Shown here in pieces: positions 8,909 to 19,441 of a stretch of DNA of 64,000 bases (its first letter is position 1; every line of letters starts with the position of its first letter). Origin of the DNA: a bacterium (GTDB lineage Bacteria > Hinthialibacterota > Hinthialibacteria > Hinthialibacterales > Hinthialibacteraceae). Under the pieces are notes generated by a model. The model was not told the origin of the DNA. It saw only the letters and a list, made by a program, of their open reading frames with translations, and did not search any database. The DNA lies in assembly GCA_041946805.1 (NCBI GenBank), contig JBHGBC010000006.1, forward strand, positions 1 through 64,000, in the 5' to 3' direction. The position numbers were made by a program, and so were the translations under genes.

Positions 8909-11900
8909 ATGCGCGGCGATTTTTTACCCCTACGGAAACGATACCCAATCGTCATCGTAACTTTATTCATGATGCTTATGGATTTATCTATTCGCGGGAA
9001 CGCGGATTCCGTTCTCCCCTGGGGGGAAAGCTGGAACATCCTGCGCACCCGCGCGGAGATCTGGGAAGCGGAAGCCGGGCAAGGGACATTGGCCCAAACG
9101 GAGGATCAATTCACCGCCTTTCTGATCGCCAACGCTTCGGCCACATGGGTGTTGACCACGGAGCCGGTCTGGATCGACCGCTTCTCCGAAATCCGGCTCC
9201 GGTTCCGCGCCACGGGATTGGTCAATCCCCCCGGCCGGCCCCTCCTGCAATTGAATCCCGGATCGACCGGCCCGGTCACGCCCGGCGCGTCCAATGTGGA
9301 GAATCCTTTCGCCCGGGCGGGATCGTTCGCCATTCCCATCCCCGCCGGGCAGTTGAGCGACAGCCAGATCCACGAAATCCGTTGTCCTGTCTTTCCCGCC
9401 ATCAAGACGGAGCAGATCGATCAAATCGTGTTGACCCTGCAGACCGGAAACCGGCCGGGCGTGCTGGAGATCTTTGAGTTCCGCTTCGTGGATCCCCAGG
9501 CGGACAGGCGGCCGGTTCTGTCGTTTCAAAACATACAACCTTATTCGGAAGAATCATCCCGGCCGCAATTCGAATCTCTCTCCCTGCCTTCCGGGAATGT
9601 CTCTATATCCGATATTCCCGGAATGGATTCCGAATTTCCCCGGCGGATGCGATGCGCGGAGATCCCCTTCCAGCGGGAGGAATCGAATTCAGTCGCGATG
9701 ACATCGCTGCGGGAGCGGGAAGGGCTGACCATTCCCGTCGGTAAGTCCGGCAGCGAGATTTTCCTGCTGATGGCCGCGCCGCTGGCGGGATCCGATGGCG
9801 CGTTCCGGTATGAGCCCCGGCGTGAAACCGTCCTGCCGGAACGCTTGATCGTCACGAAACATTATCAAGACGGCGTAGTGGAGCAATCATTTCCGTACAA
9901 TGTCAACCGGAGCGCGTATGTCGTCGACGCCACGACGGTTTGTGGCTACAAGATCCCGGTTCAACCTGACAAAGTCCTGGACAAAATCACCATCGAGGAC
10001 CGCATGTCGTACGGACAGGTGGCTTTGATCGCGGTGACTCTCAATAAGGGACAAACGCCCGCCGTATCCTTACCAGAGGAGACCTTCGTTCCCAGCCTGC
10101 CGCTTCCCGAACCGCTTGAGGAAGCCAGACGCCCGATACTGACCGTGGAGGAAAACCGGCGCGTTGTTCTCGAAAACAGCCATTATCAGATCCGTATCGA
10201 CGCGCACCAAGGCGGGACAATCGAATCCATGATGCATAAATCCGCTCAGCGGTTCGTCCTGCTCCGCCCCGCTCCGCTTTTCTCGGTGATCTGGGGAGGG
10301 AACTTGATCGCGCCTGAGAATATGCATTTCACTGGATACCATACAAGCGGAGATCAGTTGGTCTTGACTTACGACATCCACGGCGAAAACACCCGGCTGC
10401 GCGCGGCCGTCACTCTGGAGGCCGCCGGCGCGTCCACCTGCGCGTTGTCGTTGCGTTTGGAGAATCCCGGCGTGACGCCGCAATCGTTGCGCGTGCTGTT
10501 TCCGAATCTGCAGGGAATCCAAATTTCCGCATCCCCCGAGAATGATTATTACCTATTCCCTCTCAAACGCGCCGCCTTGGGATCCCAGCCGGTCCGTTTG
10601 AACGGCGGCCATTCCGGTGATTTTCCCCTGCAATTCATGGATGTATTCTCGCCCGTCACGCAAACCGGGCTGGCGGTGCATACGCGCGACACCCGGCTGG
10701 TCCCCAAGCGCTTTCGCTATGAGAAGACCGCGGCCGAATCCAAACTGGGAGTGGAGTACGGCGCGTTTCAGCCTCTTGAACTTCGTCCGCGGCAAGCCTT
10801 CGAGACGCCCCCGGCGGTGTTGGAATTCCACCGGGGCGATTGGCGCGTCCCGTTGCGGACCTACCGCGAATGGTGTGAGACGTGGTATCAACCCAATCCC
10901 GCCACCCGCGCAATCCTCAAGAACGTGTTCATCTGCCGCCGCGATTACCCCATCGGCGGGACCGGCAACCTCTTCGATCTCTCCACCAACCGCTACACCT
11001 TCCCCCGGCTGATCGCCGAATCGCGGAAATACCTGGGCGGCATCGACATGATCGACATCTCCGGCTGGGCCTATTCCGAACCGTACGGCCGCGTGGGCGA
11101 ATACGAGCGCTTCGAACTGGGGGGAAGCGATGAGATTCAACGCAATGCCTCTGAAGCCCACAAAGAAGAAGTCGCTACCGGCCTTTATCTAGAGGGTTAC
11201 CTGGTGGATCCCCGCTCCGGAATCGGCCAGGCCCGCGGGAAGGAGTGGTCCATTGTCAACCGGAATATGGAACCCATGAAATGGACGGGCAACGAAGAAA
11301 TGTTCTTCTGTCCCTTCATCCCCGCCTGGCGGGATTGGATGGCCGGGACAGCCGCGCGCGTGGCGCAAAAAACCGGAGCGGACGCGATGTACCTGGATCA
11401 ATATGGCATTGCCGATACAGGCAAGGCGTGCTTCTCAACCGAACACGGCCATGAGATTGGCGCGCATCCGGTGCTGGCGGAACACGCCATGATCGAGCGG
11501 GTTCGGCGCGCGTTGGACGAAACGGACCATCCCGTGGCGCTGTACACCGAGCAGGTCCCCAACGACATCACCTCCCAGTACGCCGACGCGGCCTTCGATT
11601 ACAGCCTGTGGGGAGCGCGGGATTACGCCAGCCCCGCCAAGCTGCACCTGTTCCGGTTCGCGTTTCCGGATTTCAAGGTGATCCAACTGTTCCATCCGGG
11701 CATCGATCCCCGCGCGGCCAGCGAGGAAGACGCCAAGATTGCCTTTTTTCACGGCGAGGCCCTGTGGCTGAAGGGCCGGGCGGTTTCGTGGTACAGCGAG
11801 GAATGCCGGGCGTTCATTCAGAAAGCATATCGCATTTTTCACGATCACCGGGATGCGTTCATGTCTCACGATGTGGAGCCGTTTATTCCCACGGAAATGA

Positions 11901-12130
11901 ACGGCCTCTTCGCGAACCGGTTTTCCTCGGGGCGGGAAGACATGATCACGTTGTACAACGCCACCTGGCATACGCTGCGCGGAGTGCTGCTGCAATGGCC
12001 GGGGCAAGAGAAGAAGGTGGAGGATTTGTGGGGGATGGAGGGATTCCAGCTTCAGGTCTCGGCTCAAACCACCGCCATCCAAGGCGCGATCCCCCCGCAT
12101 GGTGTTGGGTGCTTGGTGATTGCGAAGTAG
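8909..12130 (+). CDS. Large secreted putative glycoside hydrolase (DUF6259-like C-terminal catalytic region)
   Basis: Long ORF with N-terminal hydrophobic segment; HxGDW, GLYLEG, CP..PAW, ADAMYLDQYG motifs. The ORF-track extension to 8702 belongs to the nitroreductase remnant. Confidence 0.55.
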   Translation: MRGDFLPLRKRYPIVIVTLFMMLMDLSIRGNADSVLPWGESWNILRTRAEIWEAEAGQGTLAQTEDQFTAFLIANASATWVLTTEPVWIDRFSEIRLRFRATGLVNPPGRPLLQLNPGSTGPVTPGASNVENPFARAGSFAIPIPAGQLSDSQIHEIRCPVFPAIKTEQIDQIVLTLQTGNRPGVLEIFEFRFVDPQADRRPVLSFQNIQPYSEESSRPQFESLSLPSGNVSISDIPGMDSEFPRRMRCAEIPFQREESNSVAMTSLREREGLTIPVGKSGSEIFLLMAAPLAGSDGAFRYEPRRETVLPERLIVTKHYQDGVVEQSFPYNVNRSAYVVDATTVCGYKIPVQPDKVLDKITIEDRMSYGQVALIAVTLNKGQTPAVSLPEETFVPSLPLPEPLEEARRPILTVEENRRVVLENSHYQIRIDAHQGGTIESMMHKSAQRFVLLRPAPLFSVIWGGNLIAPENMHFTGYHTSGDQLVLTYDIHGENTRLRAAVTLEAAGASTCALSLRLENPGVTPQSLRVLFPNLQGIQISASPENDYYLFPLKRAALGSQPVRLNGGHSGDFPLQFMDVFSPVTQTGLAVHTRDTRLVPKRFRYEKTAAESKLGVEYGAFQPLELRPRQAFETPPAVLEFHRGDWRVPLRTYREWCETWYQPNPATRAILKNVFICRRDYPIGGTGNLFDLSTNRYTFPRLIAESRKYLGGIDMIDISGWAYSEPYGRVGEYERFELGGSDEIQRNASEAHKEEVATGLYLEGYLVDPRSGIGQARGKEWSIVNRNMEPMKWTGNEEMFFCPFIPAWRDWMAGTAARVAQKTGADAMYLDQYGIADTGKACFSTEHGHEIGAHPVLAEHAMIERVRRALDETDHPVALYTEQVPNDITSQYADAAFDYSLWGARDYASPAKLHLFRFAFPDFKVIQLFHPGIDPRAASEEDAKIAFFHGEALWLKGRAVSWYSEECRAFIQKAYRIFHDHRDAFMSHDVEPFIPTEMNGLFANRFSSGREDMITLYNATWHTLRGVLLQWPGQEKKVEDLWGMEGFQLQVSAQTTAIQGAIPPHGVGCLVIAK

Positions 12131-12374
12131 AGGCTTGGCGATTGACGTTTCGCCCCGGGTGAAATCCTGGATTGCATTCCACAAAGACGCCGGTTTCATC
12201 CAGCCTGAATCCCCTTTTTCCCCGAATCCTTTATTCGTGCAGGCTGGAACTCATCCGCATCGTCCGTGATTCAATCCGCGTATCCGTCACATCCTGATCA
12301 TCCAGCGCATCCTGACCATCCTGATTCAAGTAGATCTCCGCGCCCTTCGCGTCTGCGCGGTGAATCCCGCATGA

Positions 12375-13067
12375 TCACACCCGGCTGCCGAAGAGGGCCG
12401 TCCCGATCCGCACCAGGGTCGCGCCTTCCTCGATCGCGACCGCGAAATCGTGTGACATGCCCATGGAAAGTTCCAGTTTTACTCCCGGCGCGAGCAGCCG
12501 CTCCCGGTATTGTTCGCCAATCTCCCGCAGACGGCGGAAATAGGGACGCGTCCGTTCAGGATCTTCCTCGAACGGCGGGATGGTCATCAGTCCCCGGGAA
12601 CGCACGTGGGGGGCATCCCGCAAGGCGGCGATCAGGATTTCTAAATCTTCCTCGCGTCCTCCGGATTTCGTCGCTTCGCCGGATAGGTTGAGTTGGAGCA
12701 GGACATCCACGGAGCGGCAGGCTTTCACTGCTTCGCGTTCCAGCTCGGCGATCAGTTTGGGTGAATCGGTGGAGTGAATCATATGAAACAGTTGGACCGC
12801 TTTTTTGACTTTATTGGTCTGCAGATGACCCACCAGGTGCCATTCCAATTCCAGATCGCGCAACTCCGCGATTTTTGTTTCCGCCTCCTGCACGCGGTTT
12901 TCGCCGAAGACGCGGAGTCCGGCTGTGCAGGCTTCCCGAATCAACTGCGGCGGGTGGGTCTTGCTCACGGCCACGATCTGGATGTCCCGGGGATTCCGCC
13001 CGCCGCGTTCCGCCGCCCGCTCCACCTGCTCCCGCACCGCTAACACACGGTCTTGCATGGCGCTCAT
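12375..13067 (-). CDS. yggS: PLP homeostasis protein (YggS/PLPBP)
   Basis: VAVSKT, FGENRVQE, WHLVGHLQTNK, GLMTIPP, LSMGMSHDF, VRIGTALFG. Confidence 0.95.
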   Translation of the reverse strand: MSAMQDRVLAVREQVERAAERGGRNPRDIQIVAVSKTHPPQLIREACTAGLRVFGENRVQEAETKIAELRDLELEWHLVGHLQTNKVKKAVQLFHMIHSTDSPKLIAELEREAVKACRSVDVLLQLNLSGEATKSGGREEDLEILIAALRDAPHVRSRGLMTIPPFEEDPERTRPYFRRLREIGEQYRERLLAPGVKLELSMGMSHDFAVAIEEGATLVRIGTALFGSRV

Positions 13068-13252
13068 GGTAAAAGTCTCCGTGCTTATTCTTATAGTAAT
13101 CTTTTCTTCACTTAGGTCCTTTTCCCTTTGCGGCACAGGCTTCCAGCCGGCAAATCCTCCCCATCCAATTTTAATAAATATATCCCCGCGTCCTCCGTGC
13201 CTCCGCGGTGAATTCTTGGCAAAATCACTGTAGACGAAAAAGAACTGTAGAC

Positions 13253-13292
13253 GAAAAAGAATCGGGGGAACACCCGTGGGCGTTCCCCCGAA
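13253..13292 (-). terminator. Intrinsic terminator after the cohesin protein gene
   Basis: Hairpin CGGGGGAACGCCC-AC-GGGTGTTCCCCCG followed by ATTCTTTTT on the minus strand. Confidence 0.75.
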
Positions 13293-13316
13293 CCATTACC
13301 GATTTCGCTCGTGAAC

Positions 13317-15545
13317 TTACCGTTTAACCGGCAGGCTCATCTCGAACGCCTTGGAGATATCGACATTGAAGGTGTATGGCGGATTGACCGGGAACGGAAT
13401 CGCGTTCTGGCCGTTGATCACATACACCGGGCCGGGCACCACCACGCCGTAAGGCAGGTACGCGGGCGCGAACCGGGTCGAATCGCCGCCGGTGTGCATG
13501 CCGCCGAAGCCGTCCATCATCAGGATGCCCACGCGGCGTCCGGTGGTGGCCACGGTATTGCCGGCGTCATCCAGCTTGTACACCGGGTTGTCGCTGATTT
13601 CCACCGCGAAGTCCCGCGCGATGTTGATCGGGAAGCCGGCGGGGAGGGCGCCGAACGGGGTTAGAGTCGCCATGTAGTCCGCGAAGTCCGCCGCGTTCGA
13701 TCCGGAGAACGGGACGATGCTGATCAACCCGTCGCCCATCAGCACGCCCAGGCCGATCCAGCGGGTCCCCTCCGCGTTCGGGATGAATTCCAGATCCTGG
13801 AAGAATCCGGTTCCCGGATCCGCGGGGATCACCGGCATGTCGGCCGTGTTCAACGCCGGGGCGTTACCCACCACGGAGATCATGCCGCGCGAATCGAGGA
13901 TGTACGCGCCGGTACCGATCAGGTCGGTGCTGTACTGGCTGTTGGCGGGAGTGATGTCATAGCCGCGCCAGATCTTGAAGGCGATCGCCTCGGAATTGGG
14001 CGACAGGGTGGCGGGCGTGGCGGTATCCAAGCTTTCCAGCGCGTCGCCTTCCGCGAAGATTCGTCCGTTTTCGGCCAGGACATAGTACCCATTGTTGCCG
14101 GCCGGTTCGATGTCGATCAGCGGGGCCAGGAATTCACCCTGTGGCGAATTGGCTGTAGGCAGGAACAGGATCGGGACGATGTCGCTCCGGAAGGTACCGA
14201 AGTTGATGGTGTTGCCATCGTTGTCCATATCGATACCGCCGTGCAACGGTCCGCCTACGGCTCCCAATCGCGGGCTGACCGGCGGATAAGAACCAATGCT
14301 GCCCCCGATCAGGAAGTACGCGCCCTCCGAACCGTTGCCGCCGTCCGCCACCTGCCCGGTGAATTCCACGTCCCGTCCCACGGGAATGGGGACGCCATCC
14401 ACGAACAGGAACGGTCCCAGGGCGTCTGGATCGACGATGCCGTCAAAAACTCCAAGTTCCACCAAATGCCCCTCGGCATTGGAAATACCGATATCGAAGT
14501 TATGCACGGCCGCTCCGCGCGGATACGTGCCTTCAAGTTCGTCGACCGAGACGATTCCCAAGTTGGGATTGACCGCGATGATTTCCTTGGTCGGCGTCGG
14601 AGTCGGAACCGGCGTCGCCGTGGGCGATTCGGTCGCTGTCGGAACCGGCGTCGCCGTGGGTGTTTCGGTCGGCGTGGGCACGGCTGTCGCCGTTTCGGTC
14701 GGCGTCGCCGCGGCCCGCACCTCGATGGAGGCGGTGCTCAAAACCGCGCCGGCGAGGTCATCCACCACGTTGGCGAACGACAGGGTGGTCACACCTTCCG
14801 TGGCCGCCGTGAATTGAATGGTCAGCAGAGTCCCGCTGCCGGTCACGGACGCCGGTCCACCCACGGCCCCGATCCGCACCGCGCCCGCGGGCGCGGCCAA
14901 GGCTTGTCCGAGGACGAACAGGAAATCATTGGTCAACGTGCCTTCCTTCGCCACGGAGACATAATTCAGGGCGGGTACGCTCTGCAGCAAATCGAAGCCG
15001 AACGCGTCGGCGTTCACGGCGTTGGCCACCACGATCGACACCGTCACGGTGTCACCCACCAGCGCCGAGGCCGGTGCGGTGATGGAGAGTTCCACCGGAG
15101 CCACGGGCGTTTCCGTGGGCGTGGCTTCCGCCGTCTCCGTCGGGGTGGCCACGGGCGTGGCCGTCGCCGATTCCGTCGGTGTGGGCACGGGGGTGGCCGT
15201 TGCCGACTCAGTGGGAGTAGGCACGGAAGTGGCCGTGGGCGTCTCCGTGGGTGTCGCCACCGCCGTCTCCGTTGGAGTGGCTACGGGCGTTTCCGTGGGG
15301 CTCTCCACCGCCGTGGGAGTAGGAGGCACGGATGTCGGCGTATTGGTGGGGATGGCCGTGGGTGTCGACGTGGGAGTCTCCGTGGGAGTCTCCACGACGG
15401 CGGTGGGAGTCGCCGTCGGAGTCTCGACCGGAGTTTCCGTAGGTGTTTCAACGACTTGCGCCCAACTGGCGGTTCCGGATCCAAATCCAGTCACAAGACC
15501 TGCGAGAAGCAAGACGACGAAAATTTGGAATGTATTAGCGCGCAT
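13317..15545 (-). CDS. Secreted surface protein: Pro/Thr/Glu repeat linker, cohesin-like domain, propeller-like C-terminal repeats
   Basis: Signal peptide; about 120 aa of PTET/PTAT repeats; [29 protein letters not shown] cohesin pattern; recurring (Y/I)xLDxxGxIxxxG blades; GGAGG RBS. Confidence 0.65.
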   Translation of the reverse strand: MRANTFQIFVVLLLAGLVTGFGSGTASWAQVVETPTETPVETPTATPTAVVETPTETPTSTPTAIPTNTPTSVPPTPTAVESPTETPVATPTETAVATPTETPTATSVPTPTESATATPVPTPTESATATPVATPTETAEATPTETPVAPVELSITAPASALVGDTVTVSIVVANAVNADAFGFDLLQSVPALNYVSVAKEGTLTNDFLFVLGQALAAPAGAVRIGAVGGPASVTGSGTLLTIQFTAATEGVTTLSFANVVDDLAGAVLSTASIEVRAAATPTETATAVPTPTETPTATPVPTATESPTATPVPTPTPTKEIIAVNPNLGIVSVDELEGTYPRGAAVHNFDIGISNAEGHLVELGVFDGIVDPDALGPFLFVDGVPIPVGRDVEFTGQVADGGNGSEGAYFLIGGSIGSYPPVSPRLGAVGGPLHGGIDMDNDGNTINFGTFRSDIVPILFLPTANSPQGEFLAPLIDIEPAGNNGYYVLAENGRIFAEGDALESLDTATPATLSPNSEAIAFKIWRGYDITPANSQYSTDLIGTGAYILDSRGMISVVGNAPALNTADMPVIPADPGTGFFQDLEFIPNAEGTRWIGLGVLMGDGLISIVPFSGSNAADFADYMATLTPFGALPAGFPINIARDFAVEISDNPVYKLDDAGNTVATTGRRVGILMMDGFGGMHTGGDSTRFAPAYLPYGVVVPGPVYVINGQNAIPFPVNPPYTFNVDISKAFEMSLPVKR

Positions 15546-15692
15546 CAATGTTGCCTCCATTTTGTTAACGCCCTAGATATGCCATTGCACGTAAAAATTG
15601 TGACGTTTGGTACGTAAATACAAAAAACCAATACAAAGATCTAGCCTGGTTTTAAAAAAAGCCAAAAACACCCTCACTTCGTCATTCAAAGG

Positions 15693-16538
15693 TTAGGGGA
15701 GGGTGATAACGACACCAGGTGAACCGGGGGTGCTGGCGTTGATGATCTCGGTTTGCGTGATCACCGTCGCTTCATCGATCGCCATGACGTTTTCAAACGT
15801 GATTGTGGTCTCCCCCGTGCTGTTCCCAACAATTTCAAACGTTATGTCCGCGATGCGGGCGTCACCATCAAATCCAAAGCCCTCGGGAATGGGATGAACG
15901 CGGGAAAGCAAGACCGCCACGATTTCCTCGATTCGTCCCTTCTCGTTGCTAACATCCGGTGATTCAAATATTTCCACGCTTTCCCGCAGTGGATCGCCGG
16001 GACGGGATACATTGGGATTGCTGGTCCAGTAAATCGTGGTTTGATTGACCAGGGGCAAGACGGCGTTGATGTCTTGCATGTCGATTTGGTTCTGGCTGGC
16101 GCCAGCCGGATTCAGGTCGTAAACCGCCAGCTCGTTGTTCAATGTGGAAGCACCGTACCGTTCCGCCAGGGTCAGCACATCGGCGATGTTCGACCGGCCG
16201 TCGAAATTCAGGTCACCCTGTTCCTCATGAATGTCGACCACCCGCAGTTTGGCTTTATCGAACACGAGGTCGCATGTGACGCCCGTGAGATTGGCGGCTT
16301 TTTTCAAAACCAGGGTGGCGTTAAAGCGGGTCCGGGTTTGACCGTCGACTTGTACGGGATAGAAGGTGGGAACGGCATCGGCCACGGTGACGGTTTGGGT
16401 GTCTTCCGCTGTGGTGGTGAAATCCAGAAGCAGGGTTGCGTTATCGTTTACGCCACAGAACGCCCAAGGGCTGGAATGAATAAGGATAACGGCAGAAAAG
16501 ACCGCCGCGGAGGAAAAAAGTCGAAGTAGATACTTCAC
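15693..16538 (-). CDS. Secreted cohesin-like protein with an internal dockerin/EF-hand-like insert
   Basis: NLTGVTCDLVFDKAKLRVV ... GDARIADITFEIV..GETTITF cohesin halves flank GDLNFDGRSNIADV and DLNP..NQIDMQDI loops; start uncertain (16538 or 16556). Confidence 0.6.
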   Translation of the reverse strand: MKYLLRLFSSAAVFSAVILIHSSPWAFCGVNDNATLLLDFTTTAEDTQTVTVADAVPTFYPVQVDGQTRTRFNATLVLKKAANLTGVTCDLVFDKAKLRVVDIHEEQGDLNFDGRSNIADVLTLAERYGASTLNNELAVYDLNPAGASQNQIDMQDINAVLPLVNQTTIYWTSNPNVSRPGDPLRESVEIFESPDVSNEKGRIEEIVAVLLSRVHPIPEGFGFDGDARIADITFEIVGNSTGETTITFENVMAIDEATVITQTEIINASTPGSPGVVITLP

Positions 16539-16597
16539 GGACCATAGACCTCCCAACAGTACGTGCTCTTGCCTATAACAATATTCCCGGGAGGAAA

Positions 16598-16674
16598 TGG
16601 CGGGGCCGACGAGACTCGAACTCGCGACCTCCTGATCGACAGTCAGGCATTCTAACCAACTGAACTACGGCCCC
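16598..16674 (-). tRNA. tRNA-Asp (GTC)
   Basis: 77-nt cloverleaf, anticodon arm CCTGA-CTGTCGA-TCAGG, encoded CCA. Confidence 0.96.
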
Positions 16675-16712
16675 GTTTCGTTTTCCATTTCCTCCCGGGA
16701 ATTCCCCATGTA

Positions 16713-16786
16713 TGGGCAAGACTGGACTCGAACCAGCGACTTCCTGCTTGTAAGGCAGGCGCTCTAACCAACTGAGCTACTCGCCC
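16713..16786 (-). tRNA. tRNA-Val (TAC)
   Basis: Cloverleaf, anticodon arm CCTGC-CTTACAA-GCAGG, CCA not encoded. Confidence 0.96.
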
Positions 16787-16813
16787 GGATACGGCCAATC
16801 AACTGACCTATAC

Positions 16814-16843
16814 ACTATAGCGAAGTTGTCCGTTTCATGTCAA
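16814..16843 (-). promoter_or_regulatory. Sigma70-type promoter for the tRNA-Val/tRNA-Asp pair
   Basis: TTGACA-18 nt-TATAGT, 27 nt upstream of tRNA-Val. Confidence 0.75.
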
Positions 16844-17050
16844 GGAGAAATCACATAACCATACAAAATTTCAAGGATTTGGATGAATCGGCTGGTTATG
16901 GTTTTCTTCTCCCGGTATTCCGCTTTATCCAGGCGAAAAGCGTGGTATGATGATGGTTCATGGTCCTCCCGAGTCTTTTCGGTGGTACATTATAACCAAG
17001 TGTCCTGATTCGTCACCCCTTGCGATGCTTTTAAGGTCGATTTTTTTTCG

Positions 17051-17365
17051 ATGAATCCACACCTCGATTTCCCGCGCCGCCGCCTCTCCCCCCGCGAACG
17101 GTTTGTCAGTGTTTTGCGCCGGGGGACACTGCCCGGTCCGCCCATGACCGCCTGGTACCGGCAGAAGGGGAATTATTATACCTTATTGACCCTGGTGGGA
17201 TTCTTGCTGGTTTTTTGGATCATGCAGGCCGCGATCCGGATCGATAACCCCGTATCTCCTGATTTGCAAGGTCTTTCCGAAACCAGCCCGATGCAGCCCA
17301 CTCCGGGAAACGGCGGCAAAATGGATTACGAGCAAGCCCGCCGCGTCTTCAATGGCGGGCCGTGA
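17051..17365 (+). CDS. Small single-pass membrane hypothetical protein
   Basis: One hydrophobic segment (LLTLVGFLLVFWIM); directly upstream of recJ on the same strand. Confidence 0.55.
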   Translation: MNPHLDFPRRRLSPRERFVSVLRRGTLPGPPMTAWYRQKGNYYTLLTLVGFLLVFWIMQAAIRIDNPVSPDLQGLSETSPMQPTPGNGGKMDYEQARRVFNGGP

Positions 17366-17424
17366 AGGTTGAGCGGGAAGGAAATCCCGGTCTCCTGCTT
17401 GACCGATGAGGGGATGGTTCCCGA

Positions 17425-19440
17425 ATGAAAAAAAACTGGCAATGGAAATCCGCCCCCGAAGCGGATGTGCAACGTCTGGGCGGCGAAGCGGGACTGTCTC
17501 CCTTGCTGGCTATGCTCTTGACGCAGCGGGGTGTCTCCACAGCCGCGCAAGCCCGCGTCTTTCTCGCGCCCGCCCACCAGGAATTGATCAGTCCCTTCCG
17601 CTTCACGGAGATGGAGGCGGCCGTGGCGCGGATTCAGCAAGCCCTCGAACGCCGGGAGCGGGTCCTGATCCACGGCGATTACGACGTGGATGGCATCACC
17701 AGCACTTGTATCCTATTGGAAACCTTCCGGGACCTGGGGCTGGAGGCGGACTATTACATCCCCGGCCGCCTCGAGGAAGGCTACGGCCTGCAGGTGGAAT
17801 ACGTCGAAAAACTGGGGGGCGGCTGCGACCTGCTCATCACCGTGGACTGCGGGACCACCGCGGTGGAAGCCGTGCGGCGGGCGAACGAACTGAAAATCGA
17901 CGTGATCGTCACCGACCATCACGATCCCGGGCCGGAACGTCCCCCGGCGGTGGCGGTCCTCAATCCCACCCGGCCGGAAGAAGCGTATCCCGAAAAAAAT
18001 CTTTCGGGCGCGGGAGTCGCCTGGAAACTGTCCCAGGCCTTGCGCGAGGCGTTGTTGTCGCGCCCGGATGAATCCGCGCACCTCGACCTGGTAACCCTGG
18101 GGACCATTGCCGACGTCGTGCCCCTCCGGGGGGAAAACCGGATCCTGGCGCGCCGGGCGCTCGACCGCTTTGCCGAGGTTGATCGGCCGGGTCTTTTAGC
18201 TCTGATGGATCTGGCCAAGGTCATCCCCGCCCAAGTCACGTCTCAGACCATCGCCTACCGGATCGTTCCCCGCCTCAACGCCGCCGGCCGCATGGCTCAC
18301 CCCCGCTTCGCCTTGGATTTGCTGATGGCGCGCGATCCGGACACAGGCCGCGAACTGGCCCTCCATCTGCAGCAGCTGAATCTCAAGCGGCAAAGCCTGG
18401 AAACCAAGGTCTTTTCCGAAGCCGGCGAAATCATCGAACGGGAGGGCCAGATCTCCCGGGGTGAACCGGTACTGGTGGCCGCGGGCGAAGGCTGGCACCG
18501 GGGCGTGCTGGGAATCGTGGCGGCCCGTCTGGTGCAATTCTACCAGCGGCCGGTTTTTCTGATGACGGTGGAGGAGGGCGTCGCCCACGGTTCGGCCCGC
18601 ACGGTGGACGGTGTCAGCCTGCTGCCCCTGCTGGACGCGGCCCGGCCTTATGCCATTACCTGCGGCGGACATGAGGAAGCCGCCGGGATGAAGGTGGATC
18701 TCAAACAAATTCAGAGATTTAAGGAAGCAATTGGTGAAACCGCGGCCCGTTTGGGTCTCGATGTCCGGCCCAGCCCTCTCTGGATTGACGCCACCCTGCC
18801 CCTCGAACAGGTAGACCTGGCCTTATGGGAAGAGATCCAGCGCCTGGAGCCGTTCGGCGCGGGCAACGAAGAACCGGTGTTTTCCTCCCAGGCCCTGCTG
18901 GGGGAGATGGGCGCGCGAATTGTCGGCAACAACCACTTGCGGCTTACGTTGCGGCACCCGCGGGGATTCATCAACGCCATCGGCTTCGGCCAGGGTGACA
19001 AACTGGAGCAACTGTCCGGGGGGCCGTTGGAAATCGCGTTCACCTGCCAGCTCAACGAATACCGCGGCCGCCGGGATATCGATCTGCACCTGAAGGACAT
19101 CCGTCCGGCCCCGGCCTCCGTACCTTCCGTCACCACCCGGCCCCCGGGACCGGTCCCATCCGCCTGGAACCGGCAACGCCTGGGGCGCCTCTATATGCTT
19201 CTGCAAAAATCCTGCAACGAGGAAAAAATCATCGCCCTTCAAAACGCGGAACTTTTGGCCAAAATCGCCAAATTGTCCCTGAAGGATTTTCACCTGGGAT
19301 TGAAAATCTTCGCGGAATTGGACTTGCTGTCCATCCGGGACGGGAAAATCCAAATTCATCCAGTTGACGTGAAGCGTGAGTTGACCGAATCCCCGACATT
19401 CCGCTCCCTGGCTTCACCCAACGCGCAATCGGTACGGTAA
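17425..19440 (+). CDS. recJ: ssDNA-specific exonuclease RecJ with C-terminal extension
   Basis: HGDYDVDG, EGYGL, ITVDCG, TDHH, LGTIADVVPL, PRLNAAGR, GSAR, GGHEEAAG, LEPFGAGN. Confidence 0.96.
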   Translation: MKKNWQWKSAPEADVQRLGGEAGLSPLLAMLLTQRGVSTAAQARVFLAPAHQELISPFRFTEMEAAVARIQQALERRERVLIHGDYDVDGITSTCILLETFRDLGLEADYYIPGRLEEGYGLQVEYVEKLGGGCDLLITVDCGTTAVEAVRRANELKIDVIVTDHHDPGPERPPAVAVLNPTRPEEAYPEKNLSGAGVAWKLSQALREALLSRPDESAHLDLVTLGTIADVVPLRGENRILARRALDRFAEVDRPGLLALMDLAKVIPAQVTSQTIAYRIVPRLNAAGRMAHPRFALDLLMARDPDTGRELALHLQQLNLKRQSLETKVFSEAGEIIEREGQISRGEPVLVAAGEGWHRGVLGIVAARLVQFYQRPVFLMTVEEGVAHGSARTVDGVSLLPLLDAARPYAITCGGHEEAAGMKVDLKQIQRFKEAIGETAARLGLDVRPSPLWIDATLPLEQVDLALWEEIQRLEPFGAGNEEPVFSSQALLGEMGARIVGNNHLRLTLRHPRGFINAIGFGQGDKLEQLSGGPLEIAFTCQLNEYRGRRDIDLHLKDIRPAPASVPSVTTRPPGPVPSAWNRQRLGRLYMLLQKSCNEEKIIALQNAELLAKIAKLSLKDFHLGLKIFAELDLLSIRDGKIQIHPVDVKRELTESPTFRSLASPNAQSVR

Positions 19441-19441
19441 G

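Noticed and set aside
13228..13261. 17-bp direct duplication CTGTAGACGAAAAAGAA
   Set aside because: A single local duplication at a terminator tail, with no evidence of function
15100..15450. Tandem repeats as a CRISPR array (also 52850-53130)
   Set aside because: They are degenerate codon-level Pro/Thr linker repeats inside ORFs, with no constant repeat/spacer structure and no cas genes
16598..16786. tRNA genes (and selC) as prophage or island integration sites
   Set aside because: No integrase and no direct duplicate of a tRNA 3' end found in the window
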